From: an uncultured Gemmatimonadaceae bacterium
Lineage (GTDB): Bacteria > Gemmatimonadota > Gemmatimonadetes > Gemmatimonadales > Gemmatimonadaceae
Length of the DNA: 64,000 nucleotides
Direction: 5' to 3'
Assembly: GCA_963829055.1 (NCBI GenBank)
Contig: CAWHHI010000020.1
Span: 448,001-512,000, forward strand
Shown: piece after piece, positions 25,535-36,357 of the stretch
Numbering within the stretch: position 1 is the first letter of the stretch
Layout of the letters: each line of letters starts with the position of its first letter
The notes under the pieces: model-generated
What the model saw: only the letters and a program-made list of their open reading frames with translations
Database searches by the model: none
Told to the model about the DNA's origin: nothing
Made by a program: the position numbers and the translations under genes

Positions 25535-26947
25535 TCGCCCCTGCCCCGTCAGCGCCGCCGGGTTGAGGATCTCGGTGATCTGATCGTCGGTCAGGATGTG
25601 TTTCTCGCGGATCATTGCGACGATCCCCTGATCGGTCCTCATCGCCTCCGCGGCCAGCTCGGTTGCCTTGTGGTAGCCGATGACCGGGTTCAGCGCCGTC
25701 ACCGTCCCGATGCTGTACTCGACATAGTGCTTGAGGACATCCGCGTTTGCCGTGATCCCCTCGATGCAGAACTTGCGCAGCGTCTCGGCGGCGTTGATGA
25801 GCAGCGTCTGGCCCTCGAAGAGCGCGGCGGCCACGACCGGCTCGAAGCAGTTGAGCTGCAGCTGTCCCCCCTCGGCCGACAGCGTGACCACCAGGTCATT
25901 GGCCATGACGCGATACGCGACCATGTTCGTCACTTCCGGGATGACCGGGTTCACCTTGCCCGGCATGATCGACGAGCCGGGCTGCGCGGCCGGCAGGTTG
26001 ATCTCGCGGAATCCGGTGCGCGGGCCCGACGACAGAAGCCGCAGGTCGTTGCCGACTTTCGCGAGCTTGATCGCCACGCTCTTGAGCACGGACGAGTAGA
26101 GCACGAACGCCTGCATGTCCTGCGTCGCTTCGATCAGGTCCTCGGCGAGGTGGATCGGGAAGCCGGTGATCTTCGCCAGGTGGTCAGCACACTTCTGCGC
26201 GTAGCCCGCTGGCGCGTTGAGACCCGTGCCGATGGCCGTGCCGCCCATGTTGATCTCGTACAGGACGCGCTGCACGGCCTCCAGCGCCTTGACTTCATCC
26301 GCCAGCGTGCGCGCAAACGCCCTGAACTCCTGGCCTAACGTCATGGGGACGGCGTCCTGGAGCTGCGTCCGACCCATCTTGACGAGGTCCTTGAACTCCT
26401 CCGCCTTCTTCTCGAAGGCTGCAGAGAGCTTCTTGTAGGCCTCGATGACCTGGCGGTTGCCGAGCGCGAGGCCGACGTGCAGGGACGTGGGATACGCGTC
26501 GTTGGTCGACTGGGACCGATTCACGTGATCGTGCGGGTCCACGTGCTGGTACTCGCCCTTCCTGTGTCCCATCAGCTCGATCGCGCGATTGGCGATCACC
26601 TCGTTGATGTTCATGTTGGTCGACGTCCCCGCGCCGCCCTGGTACACGTCGAGCCGGAACTGATCGTGGAGCTTGCCGTCGATGATTTCCTGGGCGGCCT
26701 CCTCGATGGCGGTGAGGACCTCCTTGGAGAAGCCTCCGGTCTCGAAGTTGGCGCGCGCGGCAGCCAGCTTCACCATGGCCAGCGCCTTGATCAGGTTCGG
26801 GTAGTGACGAAGCTCGATGCCCGAGATCTGAAAGTTCTCGAGAGCGCGTGCAGTCTGGACGCCGTAATAGGCGTCGGCAGGGACTTCGAAATCACCGAGG
26901 AGATCGTGTTCGGTCCGTGTTTTCGACGACGGCATTTCGGCCTCCAC
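25532..26947 (-). CDS. aspA: Aspartate ammonia-lyase
   Basis: YYGVQTARALENF, QGGAGTSTNMN, SQSTND, KMGRTQLQDAVP, QPGSSIMPGKVNPVIPE. Confidence 0.95.
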   Translation of the reverse strand: MEAEMPSSKTRTEHDLLGDFEVPADAYYGVQTARALENFQISGIELRHYPNLIKALAMVKLAAARANFETGGFSKEVLTAIEEAAQEIIDGKLHDQFRLDVYQGGAGTSTNMNINEVIANRAIELMGHRKGEYQHVDPHDHVNRSQSTNDAYPTSLHVGLALGNRQVIEAYKKLSAAFEKKAEEFKDLVKMGRTQLQDAVPMTLGQEFRAFARTLADEVKALEAVQRVLYEINMGGTAIGTGLNAPAGYAQKCADHLAKITGFPIHLAEDLIEATQDMQAFVLYSSVLKSVAIKLAKVGNDLRLLSSGPRTGFREINLPAAQPGSSIMPGKVNPVIPEVTNMVAYRVMANDLVVTLSAEGGQLQLNCFEPVVAAALFEGQTLLINAAETLRKFCIEGITANADVLKHYVEYSIGTVTALNPVIGYHKATELAAEAMRTDQGIVAMIREKHILTDDQITEILNPAALTGQGR

Positions 26948-27146
26948 CCGCTAGGGTGCTGCGTGATCTACGTGAACCATCGATGCACCCAAGCGTTGGG
27001 GTGACGGCTGGGCGTGGCTGACCGCATGTGGCCAGCGCGTGGGCTCATCGAACGCGCTCCAGGGTCGCGTGTCGTGCAAGGACACGGAAGGAACGCCTGG
27101 GCTTGGCTCGAATGGACCGACGTTACCGTCGGCGGCCGTTGGCGAG

Positions 27147-27161
27147 ACATTGGACTTTAGG
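27147..27161 (-). promoter_or_regulatory. Regulon box CCTAAAGTCCAATGT upstream of the aspA operon
   Basis: Consensus match, 21 nt before TAACGT. Confidence 0.65.
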
Positions 27162-27429
27162 TGTCGCCGGATGTCCAGCGTGGAAACGGACGAACTCCGC
27201 CACGCAACAGGACGAGAACCACGGAATCGAGATTCCGCGGGCTCTGACCCTGTGTGGCTGTCGTGTCCCCCCCGACGGCCAGCAATGATCCCCGAGCCCG
27301 AAGGCCGACGCTGCCGTCAGCGGCCTTCGAGCGCCTAACGCCAGGCGGGACGGCCCGGAGCCGAGGGCCGCCTGATGCGTCTTGGACGCCTAACGCGACT
27401 CGCAGAATGCCCGGGCACCAGCGAGCGCA

Positions 27430-28902
27430 TCAATAGCGCCGCAGGCGGTGCGAGTCGGCGACCCGCTTCACGAGTGGCGGAGCCCACTTGCCGTCGAGCG
27501 CCGCCGGCTCGGGCCAGTACACCCGCAACGTCAGACTGAACGCACCGTGGTTCGGCGTCGGCAGCCAGTTGCTCTCCATGCCCCGGCCGGGCGACTCGCG
27601 TTGGATGTACAGCATGAGCGAGCCGTCGGAATCGAAGCGCAACGGGTCGCGGTTGCCGATGACGTATCGGCCGGTGGGATTATCGGCGAACAGCTGCCGG
27701 TCGTCATACAGGGTGAGCGACCAGAACGCCCGTGCAGGCGGAAGACCGTTGTGTGGAAACCGAACCTCGTACTTCGCCTCCGCGTCGAACGGCGAGCCGT
27801 CAGCCATCGTCAACGCCGTGGGCGCGATCGCATCCTCGACGGTGGTCGTGCCCAGCCCCAGGCACGACACGAGGGCGCGCTTCAGGTAATCAGTCCCGTA
27901 GGTGCCGATCGGGCTCGACATCATGGCCCACCCGTTCACGATGCGGGCAGCACGGCTCGCGTGGTCACGGATCTTTCGCTGCGCGAGCGGAATCGCGCGA
28001 TCCAGCGCGATCCGCACGGTATGCGACAGGCGCTCGTGAACGAATGGCACGGCTGGAACGATGCCGAGCCGCTTCATGCGCTGCAGCTGCGGGTGATCAT
28101 TGGCGTGCGGCGGATTGGCGGCCGTCAGCTCGGCGAAGCGGGCGAAGAACGTCGCGCCGTCCATCCGCGCCACCTGGTGCGCGGGCGTGCTGCTCGAGTT
28201 GGGAGTGGGGGGCGAGATGAGCGGATCACCGCTGGCGCTGGGGCGCGCGTGCGCTCGTCCGAAGGCCGAGAGCGCCACCGCGCGCAGCCCTGACTGGAAT
28301 GCGCGGCCAGCGTAATCCCACGGGCCGTCGGTCTGCGTCCGCGCGATGATCCAGCCTAACGACGTCGGCGCATGGACGGCGTCCACACCGTTGGGCAGTG
28401 TGCCGTCCCAACGCGGGCCGACGATCGCGTACCGCTGCGCGCCCGTCCCTGTCGTGCGCTTGCCCGCAGATGCGAACTCGTCGGTCCACATGTCGAGCAT
28501 CGGCATCAGGTAGTAGCGTCCGCCCGAGTCGGGCACGCTCACGATGAGCGGCTCTTCCGACACATCGAACCAGAGCGAGGACGAGAGCATGTCCGCGTTA
28601 GGTCGCAGGACGCCCGTGAATCGGGCGTCGGGAAATGCGGGCGCGTGGGAGAACTGATTCATCGGCGCCGATGCCCGCATGCTATCGGCCGTGGCCGTGT
28701 CGGTACTGGCGGTGCGGGACGCGCCCATGAGCACCAACGGATACGCGTACACGTACGCCTCGATCGCGATCTCGAGTGCCCCCTCGGCCGACAGCTGTTC
28801 GGCCGGGACCGGCACCTCGCGCTCGATGATGTGTCCGTCCTTCTGCAGGTGGAGGGACAGGCGAGCAAGCTCGGGGTCGGGGCTGTGCTCGCGTTCCATC
28901 AT
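27430..28902 (-). CDS. DUF1254/DUF1214 domain protein, copy 1
   Basis: EAYVYAYPLV, RPNAD, GGRYYLMPMLDMWT, FWSLTLYD, ESNWLPTP..LRVYWP. Confidence 0.9.
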   Translation of the reverse strand: MMEREHSPDPELARLSLHLQKDGHIIEREVPVPAEQLSAEGALEIAIEAYVYAYPLVLMGASRTASTDTATADSMRASAPMNQFSHAPAFPDARFTGVLRPNADMLSSSLWFDVSEEPLIVSVPDSGGRYYLMPMLDMWTDEFASAGKRTTGTGAQRYAIVGPRWDGTLPNGVDAVHAPTSLGWIIARTQTDGPWDYAGRAFQSGLRAVALSAFGRAHARPSASGDPLISPPTPNSSSTPAHQVARMDGATFFARFAELTAANPPHANDHPQLQRMKRLGIVPAVPFVHERLSHTVRIALDRAIPLAQRKIRDHASRAARIVNGWAMMSSPIGTYGTDYLKRALVSCLGLGTTTVEDAIAPTALTMADGSPFDAEAKYEVRFPHNGLPPARAFWSLTLYDDRQLFADNPTGRYVIGNRDPLRFDSDGSLMLYIQRESPGRGMESNWLPTPNHGAFSLTLRVYWPEPAALDGKWAPPLVKRVADSHRLRRY

Positions 28903-28974
28903 GTGCCTCGCGCGCATCGGGTGCAGGTCATCGTGCAGAGACTGACGATGGTGCCACTGCACCTCACGCACGCG

Positions 28975-28989
28975 CCATTGGACTTTCGC
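28975..28989 (-). promoter_or_regulatory. Regulon box GCGAAAGTCCAATGG
   Basis: Consensus match, 21 nt before CACCAT. Confidence 0.65.
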
Positions 28990-29034
28990 CCCGCCGTCAG
29001 TCACCGGCGCGCCCACCGGCGCGTCCACCGAGGC

Positions 29035-30701
29035 TCACATCAGCCGCGGCCCGTGGGCACGGGCGTCTCGACGACGCGATCCGAGTTGGGCGGCGCCGCC
29101 GGCCGCGCGAACCACTGGTCGCGCGGAACGATCTTCGGCTGCTCCGGGTCGCCCTCGTACGCCGGCGTCATGATCTGAATGCCGTACTCGTTGAATGCAT
29201 CCAGGATGTTTCGGTGCAGCGCCGAGTAGAGCCGCGACCATCCGGCTCGGATCGTCCGTGTAGGCGTTGAGCTCGTAATCGACGGCGAAGTCGCCGAGCT
29301 TGCGCTGGAGCACGAATGGCTCGGGGTCCGTCCGCAGCCCGGGCGTACGCCGCGCCGCCTCGAGCAGAATGGCTTCCACCTGACGCCAGGGTGTCTCGTA
29401 GCCGATGCCGACGTTCGTGTGCAGGATGAGCCCCGCGTCGCCGGCCAGCGTGCTGAAGTTCACGACCTCGCTGTTCAGAATGATCGAGTTCGGGATCACG
29501 ATCTGCTCGTTCTTCGGCGAGCGGAGGTAGGTGGTCAACAACCGGACCTGCGCCACCTCACCGATGTGCTCGCCAATGCGTACGCGATCGCCGACCCGGA
29601 ATGCCCGGCGAAACGCGAGGCTCAAGCCCGCGACCAGGTTGCCGATGACGGACGGAGACCCGAGCGAGAACATGAGCCCGATCACGAGCCCGATTCCCTT
29701 GAACGCATCGGAATCCGAGCCGGGGATGTGCGGGTAGGCGACGACGAGCGCGAAGGCGATGATCGCGAATCGCGCGATGCGCTCCGTGGGCTGTGCCCAC
29801 TCCGGGTCGAAGCCCTGAAACGTGATCGCCCCTTCGGTTATGCGTCGGAAGAAGATCCGGTTGAGCCTCATGAAGAAGCGAACGACGAACATGAGGACGA
29901 TCAGGAACAGCAGGCTCGGGATGAACCGGACGAATCCCGTGCCCAGTGTCTCGAGCGGCTGCAGGAGCAGGGACGCCAGGCTGTTGCCGAGCGCGCGCGT
30001 CCAGGGAAACAGCAGCAGGACGTAGTCGACATACACGTAGCCGGCCGCCAGGGTGATGATGGTCGCGATTCCCCGCACGGCATTCTGCACGGCGTTCCAC
30101 AGCTGCTCGCCGCGCATGATGTCGATCGTCTGGAACTGGACGTCGTGGACCCTCGTCCGGTACCGCCGCTCCACGAGCGCGCGAACGCGCCGGAGGACGC
30201 GGCGGCCTAACGCGATGAACAGCACGAAGCCGAGCGTCGCGGCGGCTGCCCTGGCGAGATCCTCCCAGAGCGCGGCCGCCTCGCGATCGCGCCGGAACTG
30301 CGTCATGGCTTCGACCACGCGGGTGCGGTAGGCCTCCGCCAGCACCTGACGCGTCAGGCCCTCGACCGCGGCGTCCGCGTCGAACACGCGCGAACAACCG
30401 CCGGCCGCCGCCGACGATGAACGTTGCCACGGTCGTGTCCTTGACCGTGACCGACTCGACGGGAAACGCCCGGTCGGACGCGAGCGCCTCGATGCGACCG
30501 GCGATCTCGGCGGCGCGCCGCTCGGCGGGGTAGGAGGAGATTCCGCGGACCCGAAAGATCGTGGCGCCGTCCAGCATCACGGGCGCCGTGGCGGTCACCA
30601 CCTCGGTCTGGACGGCGGCGGAATCCTGAGCCGCCACCCGCGGTGCTCCAGGCGACGGCCAGCGCTGCGAAACCTAGCGCGATGCGGTGCCTAACGTTCA
30701 C
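29035..30701 (-). CDS. MscS family mechanosensitive channel with N-terminal periplasmic domain (frameshifted)
   Basis: GSDSDAFKG, NLVAGL..AFRVGDRVRIG, IPNS..VVNFS, GIGYETPWRQVE, FNEYGIQIMTP. Confidence 0.9.
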
Positions 30702-30724
30702 AGCCGTGACCCTTGCGGCACCGG

Positions 30725-31840
30725 CTACCAGCCCTGCGCGCGCTCCCACGCGCGCACCTTCTGGCGCGCGGCGTCGAACAGCCGCTCGTAGTTGCCCTTG
30801 CGCACTTTCTCGCTCGCGTCCGGCGTGAGTAGGGCCCACAGCGGACGATAGCTCTCGAAGACCGCGTAGTACTGTGTCGTATCCTTCGGCGCCACCACGT
30901 CCGAGCCGAACAGGAAGCGGTCGGGATAGCGGTTGATCATCTCGGCGGCGCGACGGGTGATCGCCGGAGACGACAGGATGTACTTCGCCACTTCGTCCCA
31001 GCTGATGTCGAAGTACACGTGGCGCAGCGCGGGGTCGGAGAGAATGCTTTCCACGATGACGGCGTGGTTGGGATTCCACTCGGACGCGGGAGCCGACGCG
31101 GACGCCTGGACCGGATGCACCACGCGCCCCAGCCCCATATGCGCCCAGATGATCGTCGTCTTCGGGTGCCGCCGGAGCAGGGCTTTCATCTGGTCGAGGA
31201 AAACGGGGTCGGCGCCCGCCTTCGCAAATGGCATGTCCATGTCGTTGTGAAAGACCACGACGAGCCCCGCCTCACCCGCCAGATCGAGAATCCGGTCCAG
31301 GGCCGGATTCGTTAGGCTGGCCACCTCGCCCGCGACCTTGGACGACACGAACTCCTTGTGAATGCTGAACTCACCAATCCCCGAGAAGACGCCCGGGAAG
31401 GTCTTCAATACCCGGCGGATGTGGTCGGCGGCGTACATGTCCGCCGGGTTGAAGCCCGTGATCATCGGGTCGAGCCGCGCGCGCTGCTCCGGCGGCAGCG
31501 AGCGGTACGCCATCGCAATGAAGGCGTCCGTGAACGAGTAGTAGTAGAGCGGGGCGTCGCTCTGGAGATAGTAGGTGGGCGCGAAGTCGCCGGAGTTCGC
31601 GTGTGACCACGTCTGCTGCAGCGGGATCCCGAACAGCGTCGAACGACCGGCACGCGTTCCCATGATGCGCAGGAAGTCCCGGACGTCGGTGCCTTCCTGG
31701 ATGTAGTTCGTCAGGTGGAAATGCGAGTCGTCGAAGTCGTAGCTGGTGCCTTGCTTGCCGGCTTGCGCGGCGGCCGTGCTGCCGGCCGCCGCCAGGGCGA
31801 CGAGCACCGCTCCCGCGTACCAGCCATGGGATCGCGTCAT
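30725..31840 (-). CDS. Exported amidohydrolase-superfamily protein
   Basis: Signal peptide ending AAA-Q, DSHFH metal motif, GIGEF, WAHMG, RFLFGSD; RBS GGAGG. Confidence 0.85.
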   Translation of the reverse strand: MTRSHGWYAGAVLVALAAAGSTAAAQAGKQGTSYDFDDSHFHLTNYIQEGTDVRDFLRIMGTRAGRSTLFGIPLQQTWSHANSGDFAPTYYLQSDAPLYYYSFTDAFIAMAYRSLPPEQRARLDPMITGFNPADMYAADHIRRVLKTFPGVFSGIGEFSIHKEFVSSKVAGEVASLTNPALDRILDLAGEAGLVVVFHNDMDMPFAKAGADPVFLDQMKALLRRHPKTTIIWAHMGLGRVVHPVQASASAPASEWNPNHAVIVESILSDPALRHVYFDISWDEVAKYILSSPAITRRAAEMINRYPDRFLFGSDVVAPKDTTQYYAVFESYRPLWALLTPDASEKVRKGNYERLFDAARQKVRAWERAQGW

Positions 31841-31879
31841 GGGTGTACCTGCTCCTCCCGTCAGGCGGCGTCCGGCCTG

Positions 31880-32091
31880 CATCAGGATGTCGGTTCCGGT
31901 GGATGTCGTCGTGCGATCGATCAGCACGTCGGCGTCGGCTAGCGCGTTGGCATCGACTGGATCGACGCCGTCGGAGAGCGTGACCGTGTCGCGTTAGGCG
32001 GCGCGCTGTTGGCGGCGCAGCGCGGCGTGTGAGCAACCAGACCTTCTCCCTCCGCTCTCGATCTCCGTCGCTGCGCAGCGGTATCTCCGTG
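31880..32091 (-). pseudogene. Internally deleted relic of a paralogue of the 15745-17107 gene
   Basis: 24-nt identity ACAGCGCGCCGCCTAACGCGACAC and 16-nt identity GCTCTCCGACGGCGTC with the 16610-16660 region; TTTSTGTDILM vs TTISAGIDILM; RBS/start region CACGGAGATACCGCTGC vs CACGGAGTTACCGATGC. Confidence 0.8.
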
Positions 32092-32139
32092 CCGTCGGGG
32101 ACGGCCGTGACGGGATAGTACGGCACGCGAAGGGAACGG

Positions 32140-32154
32140 ACATTGGACCTTGGG
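32140..32154 (-). promoter_or_regulatory. Regulon box CCCAAGGTCCAATGT
   Basis: Consensus match, 19 nt before TACTAT. Confidence 0.7.
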
Positions 32155-32321
32155 CGCGGGTCGGGAGGGGAGGCTACGGTCGGCGCGGCCGGGCCCCACT
32201 GCTCCGTTGGAGTCGGCACGCGTCTGATCGGCACGCAGCGAGCGCTCCACCGCGTTAGGCGGCGCCATCGTCGCCGCCGTCGCGCGCCTGCGGCATTTCC
32301 GGCGCAGGGTGCGTGCGCCGC

Positions 32322-33290
32322 CTAGAAATCGATGCGAGTCACGACCCGAAATTGAGCCGCCTCCAGGTCGGGCACGGACCCCTCACGCAGGGCGACGCGC
32401 GACCAGGCGAGGTCCCCGCCGATCGTGAATTGCGAGCGACCCGTGTAGAACAGACCGAGCTCGTAGATGCGGTAGCTGCCGCCGACATCCGCCGTGCGCG
32501 CGGGGCCGTTCAGGCCGCGATACGCCAGCGAGAGCCCGATCGGGACGTCTGACAGCTTGCGGAAGTCGAATCCGACCTGCGCACCGATCGCCGTCAGCGA
32601 CTCGTTGTCCGTCGCGGCCGCGTCCGCCAGCCCTGATTCGAGTGAGGCTTTGAGTCCCACCCATGGTCGGATGCCCCACGCTCCTCGAAGTCCGAGCGAC
32701 CAGCGGTTGATCGGGACGACGCCGAGGAGGCGTTGTTTGGTGCTGTCGGTGTAGCCGCCGTCAGCAATCCCCTTGACGAACCCGTACGGATCGATCTCGT
32801 ACGCTGAGGCGTGACGAACATCCCCGACCGCGGAGACGAGGAACTGCTGATTGTGCCAGATCGGGACGGTTGCGCCAAACGAACCGCCGAACGCCGCCAA
32901 TGCGCCGCTCGCGACCACCGCCTCTACGCTCGTGCCCACGCGCCCGACGGCGTTCGCGCTCACGCGCAACGCGAGCCGACGCCCGAGCGACTTCTGGTAC
33001 TCGAAGTCGATGAGGAGAAATCCAATGTTGCCCTGAAGCGAATCCACCTCATCGCCGATGAGGTTTCGCACCGGGACTGTCAGATTGACGGCCGTGCCCC
33101 CACCGGTCGAGTTGAAAAAGTGCGTGGTCGCGAATGCATCGGGGACGACGCTCGACGGCAGGAACCGAAATCCGTCGAGGCAGTGACGACATGGATCCTG
33201 CGCAGCCCCGGAGCTCGCGCACAGCACGCCGAGCCCGACCGCAACGACCAGCATTCGATAGGACAGCCGGGACGACGGTCGCGCTCCCAT
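32322..33290 (-). CDS. Hypothetical outer-membrane beta-barrel with N-terminal CxxC, copy 1
   Basis: Signal peptide, DPCRHCLDGFRFLPSS, terminal RIDF; clear paralogue of 47053-48045. Confidence 0.75.
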   Translation of the reverse strand: MGARPSSRLSYRMLVVAVGLGVLCASSGAAQDPCRHCLDGFRFLPSSVVPDAFATTHFFNSTGGGTAVNLTVPVRNLIGDEVDSLQGNIGFLLIDFEYQKSLGRRLALRVSANAVGRVGTSVEAVVASGALAAFGGSFGATVPIWHNQQFLVSAVGDVRHASAYEIDPYGFVKGIADGGYTDSTKQRLLGVVPINRWSLGLRGAWGIRPWVGLKASLESGLADAAATDNESLTAIGAQVGFDFRKLSDVPIGLSLAYRGLNGPARTADVGGSYRIYELGLFYTGRSQFTIGGDLAWSRVALREGSVPDLEAAQFRVVTRIDF

Positions 33291-33380
33291 GGCACACCTC
33301 GGGCGAAAGGCAATGCGCCGGGCGACAATGGGCGGCCGGCGCAGCACAACCGGAAACAATGCTGGTCGTTGCGGTCGGGG

Positions 33381-33395
33381 CCAGTACACCTTGGC
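33381..33395 (-). promoter_or_regulatory. Regulon box GCCAAGGTGTACTGG
   Basis: Consensus-like, 19 nt before CATTGT; homologous to 46945-46959. Confidence 0.55.
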
Positions 33396-33472
33396 CTAAC
33401 CCGCCTAACGTCCTCGGCTGACCGATCCGGTGAACCGATGCGGTGAACCAATGCGGGCGCGTCACCGATTGA

Positions 33473-33487
33473 CCGAAGGTACAATGG
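33473..33487 (+). promoter_or_regulatory. Regulon box CCGAAGGTACAATGG
   Basis: Consensus match, 20 nt before TACCGT; identical to 46879-46893 on the minus strand. Confidence 0.7.
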
Positions 33488-33604
33488 GCGTGCATCGACA
33501 CCGGCCCTACCGTTCCGTCGAAGTCAGCCGGCGTGCACACGGCAGCCCGCGGTATGCACGTCGCGCGACGGGGCGCCTCGAGCGGAGCGGTCGGTCGCAT
33601 CGTG

Positions 33605-33655
33605 GCACACCTACCGGGATGTTCACGGGTGTCGCCTAACGAGATCCGCACTGGG
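33605..33655 (+). pseudogene. Relic of the small protein encoded at 46560-46766
   Basis: RDVHGCRLTRSAL vs RDFHGYRLTREAL, with five synonymous differences. Confidence 0.6.
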
Positions 33656-33772
33656 AGCGAGCACGCTGATGGCACCGTCGCGCTCACGCCACGCAACCCG
33701 GCCCCCGAACGATCGTGGACCGGGCTCTCAGGCGCTCCGCACTCACCCCGCGGGACAGAGGAGGGAAGAACC

Positions 33773-34421
33773 ATGATCGGACGCTCGACCTTCGGCATCG
33801 CGTGCCTCGCGGTCGTGACCGTCGCGTGCTATCCCGGTCGCTCGGTCGACTCCACGAGCGAGTTCGTTTCGGTCACGACGCTGTACGACCAGGCGGCACC
33901 CTTCGAAGCGGTCAAGAAGTACGCCCTGCCGGATACAGTGCTCTACGTTCCGAAAAAGGAGAACGAGGAAGTTCCGGCCGCCACCCAGGCAGGCCATCCT
34001 GTCCGCGATCCGCACGAATCTGAACGCGCTCGGATGGACCGAAGTGACCAACGCGCGCACGACGCCGGTCGACGTGTACGTGGTCGCGGCCGTCACGTCC
34101 ACGACGTACGTCGGGTGGGTGTACGACTATTGGGGCTACTGGGGTTGGTACCCGTATTGGCCCGTGGGCTATGGCGCGCAGCACCAACTGGTACTACCCC
34201 CGCTACTGGTACGCGTACAGCTACACGACGGGAACGGTGGTGCTTGGCATGATCGACGGTCGGCCACAGGCCTCCAGATGGCCAGCGCGCTCCGCTCGTG
34301 TGGTCCGCGGGTGTCAACGGCGTGCTCGACTGATGCGAGCAACCAACATCACCATCGCCACGGCAGGCATCAACCAGGCGTTTCAACAGTCACCGTATCT
34401 GAGCACCGGAGTACGCAATGA
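33773..34421 (+). CDS. DUF4136-like lipoprotein (frameshifted)
   Basis: Lipobox VTVAC-YP, KKYALPD, Tyr/Trp-rich loop, YSYTTGTVVL, GINQAFQQSPYL; RBS GGAGG. Confidence 0.75.
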
Positions 34422-35093
34422 TGAGACCGTTCGTCGAAGCACAGAGCGTGCACCGCGCGCGGCACGCGACGAGTGACGTGCGCGCTGTCCCTCCTCGTCC
34501 TCGTGGCGGCGCCCCTCGCCGGCGGGAACGCACAAGTCCTGACCCAGCCATACGTCGGAACCCTGTCGTACACGACGGCCTCACCGGCCGGCGACTCGAA
34601 GGACTTCGCCAACAACTTCAGCTGGCTCGGATTCACCGTCGAAGGCGACTGGTTCGCCCGCACGAACCTCTCGACCGGGTTCATCGTCGGCTGGCAGGAG
34701 ATCTACAACGAGAAGAACGGAGACCAGTTCACGTTCACCAACGGGGCGGTGACGGGTCGCACGTACGAAGCATCTGGAGGCACTCCCCATCCTCGCGCGC
34801 GCGCGCTACTGGACCGGAAGCCCGGGCGAGACGTTCATGCATTCGCCGGGCTCGGGCTGGGCACGTACTGGGTGAAGCAGACCGTCGACGTCGGCATCTA
34901 CACGGCCGATGAGAGTCACTGGCACTTCGGGGTCGCCCCCGAGGTGGGGCTCCTGATGGTGACCGGCTACGACGTCGGGTGGACGCTCAACGCCCGATAC
35001 AACTACCCGGTCGCCGCCGGCGACTACCTGTCCGGCACGAGCAACGCGTGGTCGTATTGGGGATTCGGGATTGGTCTGACCTACACGCATTGA
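34418..35093 (+). CDS. Small outer-membrane beta-barrel protein (frameshifted)
   Basis: Signal peptide, AFAGLGLGTY, WHFGVAPEVG, LNARYNY, terminal GIGLTYTH. Confidence 0.75.
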
Positions 35094-35133
35094 CCGTCGG
35101 GCGGCCCTTCCCGCTGACTCACGTTAGGCACCC

Positions 35134-36140
35134 ATGTCATTGCTCCCGGTGCGCGCCCACCACGGCCTCGTCGCGGCGGCCATCTATCTTGCCGCCGCGA
35201 CGAGCGGCTCCGCGCAGAACCCTGATCTCATGCTGTCGAAGGCCGAGCGCGACAGCATTCTCAAGAACTACCACAACGTGTTTCCGATCTGGGGGCGCAA
35301 GGCGATCGAGAAGGGATTCGACCTGCCGTACCCCGCCGGGTTGGGCGTGAACTTCGTCTACGCGAGCCAGAACATCGATCTCACGAACCTCGGGCTCAGC
35401 ACCGGTACCAATCCGGTCGTGCCGGTCGACTTCATCAAGTTCGGCGAAACCAACGCGCCGGTGCTCACACCGAACCTGCGCGCGGATCTGTGGGTGTTGC
35501 CTTTCCTCAACGTGTACGCGTTCGGTGGCGTCGCGTGGGTCACAACGGACGTCGAAATAGCGGAGCCCGTGCCCTTCACCACGAGGGTGGAGCAGAGTGG
35601 TTATTACGCCGGGCTCGGCGGGACGGCGACGATGGGCATCAAGCACAACTGGCTGGCGTTCGACCTGAACACCGCATGGACGAAAACCGAGAAACTCGAC
35701 GAGCCGGTTCGTGCCCGCATTTTCGGCATCCGGCTCGGTCGCGCGCAGAAGCTCCAGGGCACGCAGCGGGTCGCGATCTGGCTTGGCGCCATGAAGCAAA
35801 CGCTCAAGTCCACGACCAACGGGAGCATCAACCTCAGCGAGGTCATCGCGGGCGGCGGCGACGGCGGCGGGACTTCGAGGACTACGAGGACAGCGAGTGG
35901 TACCAGGGCCTCCCTCCCGCGCAGCGGCGGGTCGTCGATGAGATCGTCAAGCGCATCCAGGGCATCGACCCTAGCGACGTCGTCGTCAATTATTCGCTCG
36001 ACAAGGCAACCGCCGACCCCTGGAACATGATCGCCGGCGCCTCCTACGACTTCTCCAAGACCTGGGCGGGCCGCGTCGAGACCGGATTCATCGGACGCAA
36101 GTCGGTGTTGTTGATGCTGAACTACCGATTCGAATGGTAG
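35134..36140 (+). CDS. Hypothetical outer-membrane beta-barrel protein (frameshift near 35870)
   Basis: FPIWGRKAIEKGFDLPYPAG, RADLWVLPFLNVY, PWNMIAG, terminal LNYRFEW. Confidence 0.75.
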
Positions 36141-36275
36141 CCTAACGCCGCCTGGATGGCGACGCGCTCGCCCGAGCCCCGCCGTCCGACGATCGCGCGC
36201 CGTACCTCAGCGCGGGACAATGCGGCACGCCCCGCGACTCGCTTCGACTCGCGTCGCTCGAATGACGACACGGGG

Positions 36276-36290
36276 CCGAAAGTCCAATGG
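36276..36290 (+). promoter_or_regulatory. Regulon box CCGAAAGTCCAATGG
   Basis: Consensus match, 20 nt before CAACCT. Confidence 0.7.
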
Positions 36291-36357
36291 CTCGGCCGTT
36301 ACGTCCGTTCCAACCTTTCCGGTATGACCCTGTGGGTCTCGATGCCGGGAGGCGACG

